Source: Bacillota bacterium (lineage in GTDB: Bacteria > Bacillota > Clostridia > TANB77 > CAG-508). Taken from it: DNA of 64,000 nucleotides. The notes under the pieces were generated by a model that made no database searches, had not been told where the DNA came from, and saw only the letters and a program-made list of their open reading frames with translations. The stretch covers positions 2,598 to 66,597 of the forward strand of contig CAWVJB010000080.1 of NCBI GenBank assembly GCA_963929525.1, in the 5' to 3' direction. Below are positions 18,171 to 27,799 of this stretch, piece by piece. Both the position numbers and the translations under genes were made by a program. The first letter of the stretch is position 1, and every line of letters starts with the position of its first letter.

Positions 18171-19160
18171 TTATTCTACACCTGTCGCAATAACTGTAAC
18201 CATAACTTTATCTCCTAAAGATTCATCTGTAATGGTCCCAAATACAACATTAGCATCTTCGTTAATTAAATCATTAATTTTACCAATACCATCATTAATT
18301 TCACTTAATGCTAATTCAGAGTTTCCTCTAACATTAAAGATAACACCTTTTGCATTATCAATTTTGTTTTCTGTAAGAGCATTATTAATCGCTTGATTAA
18401 CAGCATCTATCATTCTGCCTTCTCCTTCAGCCTCACCAATTCCCATATATGCCATTCCTTTATATGTTAGCATTGTTGTAATATCGGCAAAATCGACATT
18501 GATATCTCCAACTGATGTAATTAAATCTGTAATACTTTTGATTCCTTGTTCTAATACATTATCAGCCATTTTAAATGCATTAATAACACTCATCTTTTGA
18601 GTTCCCGCAATTTTCAATAATTTATCATTTGAAATTAGAATTAAGCTATTAACATGTTGTCTTAATTTTTCAATTCCTGCATCTGCTCTACTTGATCTCA
18701 ATCTTCCTTCAAAAAGGAATGGTTTTGTAACAATCGCAATGGTTTGAATCCCCATTTCTTGGGCAATTTCTGCAACTACTGGAATTGCTCCTGTTCCAGT
18801 TCCTCCGCCCATTCCAGCAGTTAAGAATAACAATTGTGCTCCTTCTAATAATTTTTTGATATCTTCTTTACTTTCTATTGCTGCTTTTTCTCCCATATTA
18901 GGATTAGCTCCTGCACCTAATCCTTTTGTTGTTTCTTTTCCAATTTGTAATACATTTTCCATTTTGGTTTTATTTAACATAGCAAGTTCAGTATTAATAA
19001 AATAAAATTCAACATCTTTTACTTTATCTTCAACCATTTGTCTAACGGCATTATTTCCTCCACCGCCAATTCCAATAACTTTTATTTTTGGAATTGATGT
19101 TTTGATTTCTCCATATATATTTCCATAATTGTTTCCATATTTATTTTCTATTTGTATCAT
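18171..19160 (-). CDS. ftsZ: cell division GTPase FtsZ (core only; no C-terminal linker or tail)
   Basis: [20 protein letters not shown] tubulin signature. Ends ...VTVIATGVE* immediately after the globular core. Confidence 0.85.
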   Translation of the reverse strand: MIQIENKYGNNYGNIYGEIKTSIPKIKVIGIGGGGNNAVRQMVEDKVKDVEFYFINTELAMLNKTKMENVLQIGKETTKGLGAGANPNMGEKAAIESKEDIKKLLEGAQLLFLTAGMGGGTGTGAIPVVAEIAQEMGIQTIAIVTKPFLFEGRLRSSRADAGIEKLRQHVNSLILISNDKLLKIAGTQKMSVINAFKMADNVLEQGIKSITDLITSVGDINVDFADITTMLTYKGMAYMGIGEAEGEGRMIDAVNQAINNALTENKIDNAKGVIFNVRGNSELALSEINDGIGKINDLINEDANVVFGTITDESLGDKVMVTVIATGVE

Positions 19161-19284
19161 TTTTGTAACCTTCCTTTTCTAATTTACTTTTGTATATATC
19201 GCTTAGTATTATATAGTTTCCTTTTAAAATTTTCAATACCAATCTATACTTTTTTTTAACTTCATAGTTGTATAACAATTATCA

Positions 19285-19420
19285 AAAATAAAGAGTGCTA
19301 TTTCTAGCGCTCCTACTTCCTAGTTTGGAAAAGTTAGGTGGGTGGTAATCCCACATCTCTTACATCTGTTAGATGGGCTACGGCTACCAGTTCCGTCCTC
19401 TGAAACTTTTCCTACATTTA
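19285..19420 (-). ncRNA. candidate small structured RNA or leader, class unknown
   Basis: 9-bp closing stem GGAAAAGUU/AACUUUUCC (19327-35 / 19404-12) encloses GC-rich helices. On the minus strand, hairpin 19293-19312 plus UUUAUUUUU follows. Confidence 0.3.
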
Positions 19421-19530
19421 TTATATGCTATCATTATAATAACATACATTTCTATTTCTCTATTCATTATCAACATCCTTTCTCGATAAAGTTATTATAT
19501 CATGCAAGTTATTTTTTTTAAACAGTTTTA

Positions 19531-19595
19531 CGAAAATTTGTTCTAAAAAGTATTGCATTTTCATTTTTCTAATGATATAATCGTACATATGTTTG
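19531..19595 (+). promoter_or_regulatory. sigma-A promoter flanked by two LexA-box-like sites, upstream of the radical-SAM repair gene
   Basis: TTGCAT (19553)-17 nt-TATAAT (19576). CGAAAATTTGTTCT at 19531 and CGTACATATGTTTG at 19582, compared with consensus CGAACATATGTTCG. Confidence 0.5.
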
Positions 19596-19605
19596 GAGGT
19601 GTGCC

Positions 19606-20904
19606 ATGGATATTTTTGATAAATTAAAAATACTTGCTGATTCTGCTAAATATGATGCATCTTGTAGTTCTAGTGGTAGCAATCGAAGAAATACAAACAA
19701 TGGAATTGGAAATGGCCATGTTTCTGGCATTTGTCATAGTTGGGGTGCAGATGGTAGATGTATTTCTCTTTTAAAAATTTTATTTACAAATGCCTGTATG
19801 TATGATTGTAAATATTGTATTAACCGTTGTTCCAATTCTGTGCCTAGAGCTACCTTTACGCCTCGTGAAGTTGCAGATTTAACCATTCATTTTTATAAAC
19901 GAAATTACATAGAAGGACTATTTCTAAGTTCAGCAGTTATCAAATCTCCTAATTATACAATGGAAAGATTAGTTGAAACAGCTTCTATTCTAAGAAATGA
20001 ATATCATTTTAATGGATATATTCACTGTAAAACCATTCCTGGTTGTAGTCAAGAATTAATTGATAAATTAGGTATTTTAGTAGATAGGATGAGTATTAAT
20101 ATCGAACTTCCTTCAAACGATAGTTTAAAATTATTGGCACCTCAAAAAGAAAAAGACGGAATTTTAAAGCCAATGACCTATATTTCCAATACCTTAAAAT
20201 TAAATAAAATGGATAAATCAAAATATAAAAAGAAATTTGTTCCAGCAGGTCAAACTACACAATTAATGGTTGGTGCTACACCTGAAACAGACTTAAAAAT
20301 ATTAAAACTTTCTGAAGGCATGTATAAATCTTTAAAACTAAAAAGAGTCTACTATTCTGCTTATGTTTCTATTAATCATGATAAAAACTTACCTACTTTA
20401 GAAAGGCCTCCCCTTTTAAGAGAAAATAGACTTTATCAAGCAGATTGGCTACTTCGATTTTATGGATTTCAAGCAGATGAATTATTGAATGAGGAACATC
20501 CCAATTTTAATACTTTATTAGATCCTAAATGTGATTGGGCTTTAAGAAATTTAGATAAATTTCCAATAGAAATTAATACTGCCAATTATCACACTTTGCT
20601 TAGAATTCCTGGAATTGGTGTCATTAGTGCCAAAAAGATTATCACAGCCAGAAGAGAATTTTTATTAGATTTTGAAAGTATAAAAAAATTAGGTGTTGTC
20701 TTAAAAAGAGCACAATATTTTATCACTTGTAAAGGAAAATATTTTTATGAAGTGAATAAATTTAACAAAAATTTTATTGAGACCAATTTATTATATACAG
20801 AAAGAAATACTATACCACAAAAGAAATATGAACAATTATCAATGTTTGATACATTGTTACCTACAAAGGAGGATAAAATAAAATGTCTAACTGGAAACTT
20901 ATAA
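19606..20904 (+). CDS. putative DNA modification/repair radical SAM protein
   Basis: CxxxCxxC (CMYDCKYCINRC), C-terminal HhH-like region (LLRIPGIGVISAKKI). Family usually paired with the next gene. Confidence 0.75.
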   Translation: MDIFDKLKILADSAKYDASCSSSGSNRRNTNNGIGNGHVSGICHSWGADGRCISLLKILFTNACMYDCKYCINRCSNSVPRATFTPREVADLTIHFYKRNYIEGLFLSSAVIKSPNYTMERLVETASILRNEYHFNGYIHCKTIPGCSQELIDKLGILVDRMSINIELPSNDSLKLLAPQKEKDGILKPMTYISNTLKLNKMDKSKYKKKFVPAGQTTQLMVGATPETDLKILKLSEGMYKSLKLKRVYYSAYVSINHDKNLPTLERPPLLRENRLYQADWLLRFYGFQADELLNEEHPNFNTLLDPKCDWALRNLDKFPIEINTANYHTLLRIPGIGVISAKKIITARREFLLDFESIKKLGVVLKRAQYFITCKGKYFYEVNKFNKNFIETNLLYTERNTIPQKKYEQLSMFDTLLPTKEDKIKCLTGNL

Positions 20905-21641
20905 ACACAACTTATTTATATGATGGTACATTTGATGGATTATTAACCATTGTTTTTGAGAGCTATTCTCATAAAACATTACCACAAAAAATTGTTTCAG
21001 AAGAGGAATATACACCAAACTTTTTAGATAAGACACAATATATAGATACCAATGATGAAAAAGCAAAACGTGTTTTTGAAGGAATTAACAAAAATATTTG
21101 CTATGAAGCTTTATACAACAGTTTTTATGCCTTTTTATCAGATGGAAAAGAAAAAGAAATGAAAATTTTAAAATATTTATGCGATGGATTTGACATCGGA
21201 CCTAAAATTAACACCATGCTCACAATTTCCTATGTCTTTTCTGTTATCAATATGAGAAAACGAGCTTTATCAGAATGCCATAAGTTAAAAGGATTACTTC
21301 GCTTTATGGAAATTGGAGAAAATGTATATTATGCTTCTATTCATCCAGATAATCATATCATAGAACCTCTAGGACATCACTTTATGAAAAGACTACCTAC
21401 CCAAAATTTTATTATACATGATAAAAATAGAAATATTTGTTTTTTATACAATACACAAGAATACAAAATCATTGATAGTACAAATTTAACAATTCTTGAT
21501 ATGACTAAAGAAGAACAAAAGTATCAAGAACTTTGGAAATTATTTTTCAAAACCATTGCTATACAAGAAAGAAAAAATGCTAGATGCCAAATGCAATTTA
21601 TGCCTAAAAAATATTGGCAAGATTTGATTGAGGAACCATAA
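20883..21641 (+). CDS. DUF4130-type putative DNA repair protein (partner of the radical SAM protein)
   Basis: 252 aa, overlaps the upstream gene by 22 nt. YDGTFDGLLT N-terminus is typical of this family. Confidence 0.65.
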   Translation: MSNWKLINTTYLYDGTFDGLLTIVFESYSHKTLPQKIVSEEEYTPNFLDKTQYIDTNDEKAKRVFEGINKNICYEALYNSFYAFLSDGKEKEMKILKYLCDGFDIGPKINTMLTISYVFSVINMRKRALSECHKLKGLLRFMEIGENVYYASIHPDNHIIEPLGHHFMKRLPTQNFIIHDKNRNICFLYNTQEYKIIDSTNLTILDMTKEEQKYQELWKLFFKTIAIQERKNARCQMQFMPKKYWQDLIEEP

Positions 21642-21642
21642 A

Positions 21643-21673
21643 GTTGCCAAAGAGGCACGTCCCCTTTGGCAAC
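21643..21673. repeat. family-B palindromic repeat acting as a bidirectional terminator
   Basis: gttgccaaa-gaggcacgtcccc-tttggcaac followed by T9. Confidence 0.7.
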
Positions 21674-21680
21674 TTTTTTT

Positions 21681-22217
21681 TTATACTTCATATTCATCAA
21701 CTTGACAATTTTTAAATCTCATCACTGTTTCTGGTTCAGTAGGAAGTCCATTAAAATACCAATTAGCACTTCTTAAAAAGAAACCATGTGAAACAATTAA
21801 CAATGTGTCTATTTTTCCTTTATAAGTTTCTATTATTTTATCTAAAAAATCAAATACTTTTTTAGTATATGTTTTGCAATCCTCTCCACCTTCTACTGAT
21901 ACATTTTTTGTATAATATCTGATTTCATTAAATATTGTATTTTCATTTGGTTGTCCCTCATATATTCCTAAATTTCTTTCTGTAGCACCTTCATCTATAA
22001 TTTCCTTATGATGATTCTCATTAATGATATTGGCTGTTTTAATTGCTCTTTTTAGTGGAGATGTAATTATCAAATCAAAATCTACATTCTTTAATTTATC
22101 TTTCAATTCTTTTGCCTGTTCAATTCCCTTTTCATTTAATTCAATATCCACTAATCCTGCAGCTCTTTTCTCTGCATTCCAAACAGTTTTTCCATGTCTA
22201 ACAATTAATATTTTCAT
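21681..22217 (-). CDS. histidine phosphatase family protein (phosphoglycerate-mutase-like)
   Basis: LIVRHGKTVWN (RHG motif), SPLKRA, SHG. Confidence 0.8.
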   Translation of the reverse strand: MKILIVRHGKTVWNAEKRAAGLVDIELNEKGIEQAKELKDKLKNVDFDLIITSPLKRAIKTANIINENHHKEIIDEGATERNLGIYEGQPNENTIFNEIRYYTKNVSVEGGEDCKTYTKKVFDFLDKIIETYKGKIDTLLIVSHGFFLRSANWYFNGLPTEPETVMRFKNCQVDEYEV

Positions 22218-22255
22218 TTTTTCTTCCTTTCTACATCAAATTTTGTAATTTCCTA

Positions 22256-22966
22256 TTATTCTCTTTCTTCTTCGACTATCGCGGTATTAATACTTGCTGT
22301 ACTTGCATGTATATATTCTGTATTTTCACATCCTGTTACTTTAGCTGCAATTAATTCACCTTTATTTCCTGGTTGATATGAAAAATATGGTGTTACTCTG
22401 ACTTTTGCTTTCATTTGTTTTTCTTCTTGAGTTTCTTCATCAGTATATGTCATTGGTATATTTTTTCCTTATCTGAATTCTTGTATAATGTACAAATGGT
22501 TAGAATCATTTATAGCCAATTGTATTTTTTCTCTTGCAACTTTACCTCCCATTTTATGCAAAAATAAAACTCCTTCTCCCCATGAACTATTTGTATTAAA
22601 TCCACTACTTTTCAAAACAAATTGTCTTTTACTTTTACCAAGTGTACTAATATCTATAGAATTTTCTTTTCCTTGTGGTAATCCCCCATCAACATATCTT
22701 TCTTCTCCTAAAATCCATGTTTTAGGAATTACTTTTCTTAATAGTTCATACTCTGCTTTTCCTAATTGATTTTGAAAAAAATCCATAAATCTCTTATCCC
22801 ATATAAATGCCATTAGTGCTTTTTCTTCAAATTGAGGTGTTTTGCTTGGCATACATTTATGTGGTTCATGTAAGAATCTTTCAATATTTTTATCCTTTTC
22901 CGTCTTTCTCTTTTCCTTTGTATTCTTCTTTTCTAATATCATATAATGGATGTCCTTTAGTTTCAA
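22256..22966 (-). pseudogene. ATP-grasp-like gene remnant interrupted by an in-frame TAA
   Basis: ORFs 22469..22966 and 22256..22453 are in the same frame (...IIQEFR*GKNIPMTYTDEE...). The N-terminal region appears to be missing. Confidence 0.45.
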
Positions 22967-23081
22967 CTTTCAATTGTTCTCTAATATTCACTATATCCCT
23001 TCTTTACATTTATTTAAAGATTATTGTAGCAAATTTCTAGCGAAAAGTCAATTTATGTAAATTGTTTTTGTATGGAAATAA

Positions 23082-23112
23082 TGTCCTTTTGGGGACGTTT
23101 CTGTTTGGGACA
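23082..23112 (+). repeat. family-A repeat copy
   Basis: tgtccttttggggacgtttctgtttgggaca, identical to the other copies. Confidence 0.8.
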
Positions 23113-23208
23113 TTTTTTCTTCGACAAAACAGATTATCTTTTCTTATACACAAAATCATAAGGACACACCAAATTAAACATTTTTGCTTTTGGTATGTCC
23201 TCTTTTTT

Positions 23209-23730
23209 CTATTTCGCCTGTCTATATATTCTGATTCCATAACAATTATAATATTCCGTATATTCAATAATTTTTTCATAAGGAAATGCAAATTCTTTTC
23301 CCTCAGAAGTATTAACAGTATATGATCTTGTATCATCAAAGATATGTTCATGATTGTCAAGCTTATAAACAGGAAGCCCAATCATAAGTAAAAAATATAC
23401 AATGACAATACAATTCAATATTCTTTTCTTTGTTAATAATTTTTTATTAAATATCAAAACTATAACAATGATATTTATAAATATGGATATAAAAAAACAT
23501 ATGGTAGGAGCAGAATATTTTGCACTTCCTGGAAAGATAAATTTAAAAAAGCAAATGATACATATGTTTATGATAATAAGAATTTTTCTCCAACTACCCT
23601 TTTGGGATCTTTCTTCTTGCTCTTTAATATCTTTTTCTCTTTTATTATGATTATAAATTAAAAATATGACTATTCCTATGATTGCTACTATTACCGCAAA
23701 TATTATCATTCTTTCATATCCCCTTTGCAT
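23209..23730 (-). CDS. hypothetical membrane protein
   Basis: 173 aa, three or four hydrophobic helices. Start is uncertain (alternative ATG at 23709). Confidence 0.5.
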   Translation of the reverse strand: MQRGYERMIIFAVIVAIIGIVIFLIYNHNKREKDIKEQEERSQKGSWRKILIIINICIICFFKFIFPGSAKYSAPTICFFISIFINIIVIVLIFNKKLLTKKRILNCIVIVYFLLMIGLPVYKLDNHEHIFDDTRSYTVNTSEGKEFAFPYEKIIEYTEYYNCYGIRIYRQAK

Positions 23731-23840
23731 ATCTATCTTTTTTATTTTTCCCTCTGTTATCCTTTATTTCGACTAATGTAATCCTATCATAAAATAATTT
23801 TTTTTCAATAAAAATTATTTATTTGACCTGTATTTTTTAA

Positions 23841-23878
23841 GTTACCGCCAGCCAGAACATGACTTGCTGGCGGTTTAC
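23841..23878. terminator. GC-rich hairpin
   Basis: accgccagc ... gctggcggt. Confidence 0.5.
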
Positions 23879-23960
23879 TAACTTAATAATATATAAATTT
23901 ATAAAATGTCCTGTCCCTTTTGAACAAAAAATGTCTATTTTAACACGTCCACAAAAGAGA

Positions 23961-23991
23961 ATTGCCAAAATGGCACGTCCCCTTTGGCAAC
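23961..23991. repeat. family-B repeat directly after the permease stop codon
   Basis: attgccaaaatggcacgtcccctttggcaac. Confidence 0.75.
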
Positions 23992-23993
23992 TT

Positions 23994-26588
23994 TTAAATA
24001 TTCTCTTTCCTGATCGTTTCAATAATATTTTGATTTTTTGTTTTCTTAACAGCATATTGCATTGTTATAAAAATAATAGCAAATACAAATATAATAGAAA
24101 TCAAAATTGGTATCATTGGAAGCTTATAACTTGTAGTATAGACATCTGCTGTAACCGTATAGATTAAGTAAGATAATGCTACTCCTACTGGTAATCCAAA
24201 TATAAGTGCTTTTAATCCATATATAAAACTCTCATAATGAATCATTCTCTTAAACTCTTTGTTTGTCATACCTATGGATTTCAATATGGCAAATTCTCTA
24301 TTTCTAAGTGCCATATTGGTGGTTATCGTATTAAATATATTGGTTATCCCAATGATAGAAATAACAGCGATAAATCCATATATAAATATCGATACAATTA
24401 GATGCATATTTCTTGCTGCTCTTACATCTTCTTCTGCATTATAAATACCATCTTGATTAGTTTTATCAATTTCTGAAATTTCTTCCTGCAATTTATATGG
24501 GTCTTCTGCATTGATATACATATACCCCAAGCTATGTTCAAAGTTTTCCATCATTTCATCTGAAATAATAATAATCGGATGTGTGTCTTGTTGAAAAGAT
24601 AATCCTAATGGATATTTATCTGCCCTTTTCGCAATTTCAATACTTCCTTTTTCTGATAGATTTCCCTCTTCATCCATTGTCTTATAATATTCTATTGTAT
24701 CTCCCGCATTCAAATTTGTCAGATTTGTTTCTACTCGTTTGACACCATCTCTCCCCTCTTCATATTCATATAAAATTCTTGTATCAGAAAGAATTGCTTT
24801 ATCTTTTACTTCTTCATAATCTAATCCTAATTCTGCTACATAATTTTTATAAGCCTCATCTCCAAGTGAATAGATAAGAAGTATGGTATTTACTTCTTCT
24901 GAATAATATTCTAACGCTTGCTTTGTGTATATATCAAGATTATCTACATGCACATATGTATTTTTTAAAATCATATATTCTTTGATTCCATCTAAATCTT
25001 TAATCTTATTAAAATATGCTTCTTTTTCCTCTTCTGTTTGATTATTACTGTATACTGTTAAATTAATTCTTGAATCTGGATATTCTAAAGAAGATAATCC
25101 AAATACACTTTCTGCAAAAGCATTCATAGAAATAAATAAGATAATACTTAGAAATATAGAAAATATAGTTGTTCTATATCTTTTTCTACTTCTTTTAAAA
25201 TTCTTTCTAGCAATCACGCCTTCTATTCCAAATAATTTTTTTGTTAGTTTATATTCCTTATGTTTATGTTTGTTCTTTTTTACTTTTACATCTGAACTTT
25301 CTCTGATAGCATCAATTGGTGATATTTTTCCTGCACGATAACTTGGTCTTATGAGTGAAATAATAATCATAACAATCGATACAATAATTGCAACAATAAT
25401 GGCTCCCCATGATATAGTTAACTGTAACTTAAAATTATCAATTAGTGGACTATCTCCAGAATTTATAATTCCATTGACAATAGCTAGTACAATTCCAATT
25501 GCTACAATACCTATCACAATCCCTAATGGTATAGAAATGAGACCTAATACAGCACCTTCAAAAAAGATACTTTTTCTAATTTGTTTTGCTGTTGCTCCTA
25601 CACTTGCTATCATTCCTAACTCTCTTGTCTTTTCTGTAAGAGATATACTAAAACTATTTTTGATAACAAAGGCAGAAGTCAAAATAATAATGCCAATTAC
25701 AATCGCTGCTATAATAATAACAAAGTTTTGCATTCTGTCACTCTTGAAAACGCCCATGTAATATAGCAAGTCTTGATTTTCTGAAATATTTGTCTCATCA
25801 ATTTGTAAATCATTTTTTAAGTAGTCTTCAAATTCATATACTTCTGTTGGGTCTTTTAATATAATAGACATATTGACATTTTTTGTATCATCAATCTTGT
25901 CTAATTTAGTTATCATCGTATACCCTGGTGCAGAATAGCTTTCACTATTTAATCGTTCCATGATACCTACAATTGTATATGTTTTTTTAGTACTTGCTAT
26001 AAAAGTTTCTTCTTCTAAATCCTCTTCAATCCCAGTTTCCTTTCTATCTAATCTATCTTGATCTGTATAATATGGATTTGACTGATTTAATACGTATTCT
26101 CCTTTATATCGATTACCAATATGAAATTCTATGGTATCACCGACATTCCACTCTACTTTTCCATCTTGAATAACATGTTCTGGTATTACAATTTCATTTT
26201 CATTTTCTGGCAGTCTTCCTTCTACTAATACAATTCCTCCATTTTTTAAAAGATTTTCGTCATATCCTTCGATATAGGCATATGGTTTATTTTCATTTTG
26301 CGATTCTTCCAAATTTGCATACCCTATTTCTTGTGATATTTGTAATTCCTCTATTTTTGCATTATTTTCTAAATATTTTTCATTTTCTTTTGATACATCT
26401 TGCACACGAACATGATAATTTCCATTTGTTTTGATTTCTCTTTCTAGTAAAGATTTTTGAATACTAACTGTAAATGTCGTAATAGCACATATTAAAGCAA
26501 CAGAAAGAGAAATTCCAATAATGGTTACAATGGTTCTTTTTTTGTTTAATTTTAAATTTTTGAGTGTCAATGTATTTAAAATTTTCAT
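23994..26588 (-). CDS. ABC transporter permease, FtsX/MacB type (two FtsX domains)
   Basis: 864 aa, two 4-TM FtsX modules with large extracytoplasmic loops. Confidence 0.8.
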   Translation of the reverse strand: MKILNTLTLKNLKLNKKRTIVTIIGISLSVALICAITTFTVSIQKSLLEREIKTNGNYHVRVQDVSKENEKYLENNAKIEELQISQEIGYANLEESQNENKPYAYIEGYDENLLKNGGIVLVEGRLPENENEIVIPEHVIQDGKVEWNVGDTIEFHIGNRYKGEYVLNQSNPYYTDQDRLDRKETGIEEDLEEETFIASTKKTYTIVGIMERLNSESYSAPGYTMITKLDKIDDTKNVNMSIILKDPTEVYEFEDYLKNDLQIDETNISENQDLLYYMGVFKSDRMQNFVIIIAAIVIGIIILTSAFVIKNSFSISLTEKTRELGMIASVGATAKQIRKSIFFEGAVLGLISIPLGIVIGIVAIGIVLAIVNGIINSGDSPLIDNFKLQLTISWGAIIVAIIVSIVMIIISLIRPSYRAGKISPIDAIRESSDVKVKKNKHKHKEYKLTKKLFGIEGVIARKNFKRSRKRYRTTIFSIFLSIILFISMNAFAESVFGLSSLEYPDSRINLTVYSNNQTEEEKEAYFNKIKDLDGIKEYMILKNTYVHVDNLDIYTKQALEYYSEEVNTILLIYSLGDEAYKNYVAELGLDYEEVKDKAILSDTRILYEYEEGRDGVKRVETNLTNLNAGDTIEYYKTMDEEGNLSEKGSIEIAKRADKYPLGLSFQQDTHPIIIISDEMMENFEHSLGYMYINAEDPYKLQEEISEIDKTNQDGIYNAEEDVRAARNMHLIVSIFIYGFIAVISIIGITNIFNTITTNMALRNREFAILKSIGMTNKEFKRMIHYESFIYGLKALIFGLPVGVALSYLIYTVTADVYTTSYKLPMIPILISIIFVFAIIFITMQYAVKKTKNQNIIETIRKENI

Positions 26589-26751
26589 CTTATTTCACTT
26601 CCTTTTCAATTTCTATTCCGCTTGGAAAAGAATTAAATTTTGGCAAGGAAAATTATATTTAAAAGGCAAGGGCGCATACTATTTGTATGTAACCGCGTTT
26701 TAAATATAATTTGACGTAGCAAAAATTGTAATTATTTTTCAAGCATCCCCT

Positions 26752-27432
26752 TTACTTTATTTTTTCATCATTAATCAACTTTCCATCTTGTATTGTAATA
26801 ATTCTATCTGCTTCTAAAGCAATATTTTCATCATGTGTAATCACAATTAAAGTTTGATTATATTTCTGATTCGATACTTTTAATAAATCAATAATTTCTC
26901 TTGAAGCTTTACTATCCAAATTTCCAGTTGGTTCATCTGCTAGCACAATGCTTGGATGATTAATCATAGCTCTTCCGATGGAAACTCTTTGTTGTTGTCC
27001 TCCTGATAATTCATTTGGTAAATGATAAATTCTCTTTTCTAATCCAAGGATATATAACAATTCATTTAATCTCTTTTCATCTACCTTTTGCCCATCTAAA
27101 TCACATGGTAATGTGATATTTTCTTTTACATTTAGTATAGGAATTAAGTTATAGAATTGATAAATCAGTCCTACTTGTCTTCTTCTAAAAATAGCTAAAT
27201 TATCATTGTTTAACGAATAGATATCTGTTCCATTAATATATACTTTTCCACTTGTTGGTTTATCTACACCTCCAATGAGATGTAACAATGTAGATTTTCC
27301 ACTTCCAGAAGCACCTACAATGGCTACAAATTCTCCTTTGTTTACACTAAAAGACACATTGTCTAATGCCACAACTTCTGTATCTTTTTTACCATATGTT
27401 TTTGTTAAATTTTCTACTTTTAATATTTCCAT
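26752..27432 (-). CDS. ABC transporter ATP-binding protein (MacB/LolD-like)
   Basis: GASGSGKST, LSGGQQQRVSIGRA, LADEPTGNLD. The ATG at 27432 has an AAGGAG RBS. Confidence 0.9.
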   Translation of the reverse strand: MEILKVENLTKTYGKKDTEVVALDNVSFSVNKGEFVAIVGASGSGKSTLLHLIGGVDKPTSGKVYINGTDIYSLNNDNLAIFRRRQVGLIYQFYNLIPILNVKENITLPCDLDGQKVDEKRLNELLYILGLEKRIYHLPNELSGGQQQRVSIGRAMINHPSIVLADEPTGNLDSKASREIIDLLKVSNQKYNQTLIVITHDENIALEADRIITIQDGKLINDEKIK

Positions 27433-27720
27433 AAACAATCTCCTTTCTTCTTTTTAAGTTAATCATTTTTCTATATATTTTAAGCTTTATGTTATTCCCA
27501 TTTAGTCTTAGAAAAAACGTATTAAAAATGTCACTTTTATTGTTAGTATTATATTACTACATAAAAGTGACTCTAAAATGACTTATTTCATTTTTTCTAT
27601 TTTTTTATTTCTAATTTTATTTTTACAAATAATACATATCTATATTATCTAAAAAATAGGTATATATTTATCAATGATATATAATTTTCTCTTCCTAATA
27701 TTAGTTGACTTCTACCCATA

Positions 27721-27768
27721 TTATATTGTATTCCAATTGGAATCCATAGCAACAATATTCTTTTTCAT
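27721..27768 (-). CDS. 15-aa mini-ORF (MKKNIVAMDSNWNTI) between kinase and ABC genes
   Basis: GAGGAG RBS 5-6 nt upstream. No other support. Confidence 0.2.
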   Translation of the reverse strand: MKKNIVAMDSNWNTI

Positions 27769-27799
27769 TTTTTCTCCTCAATAATTCTTTATTATTCTT

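Noticed and set aside
18058-18179. The alternative-frame coiled-coil peptide downstream of ftsZ as a definite coding extension
   Set aside because: Codon usage (CTC, CTG, GAG) is atypical for this genome, and the DNA forms four perfect hairpins, which favours an RNA-structure explanation. It is kept only as an alternative within the FtsZ finding.
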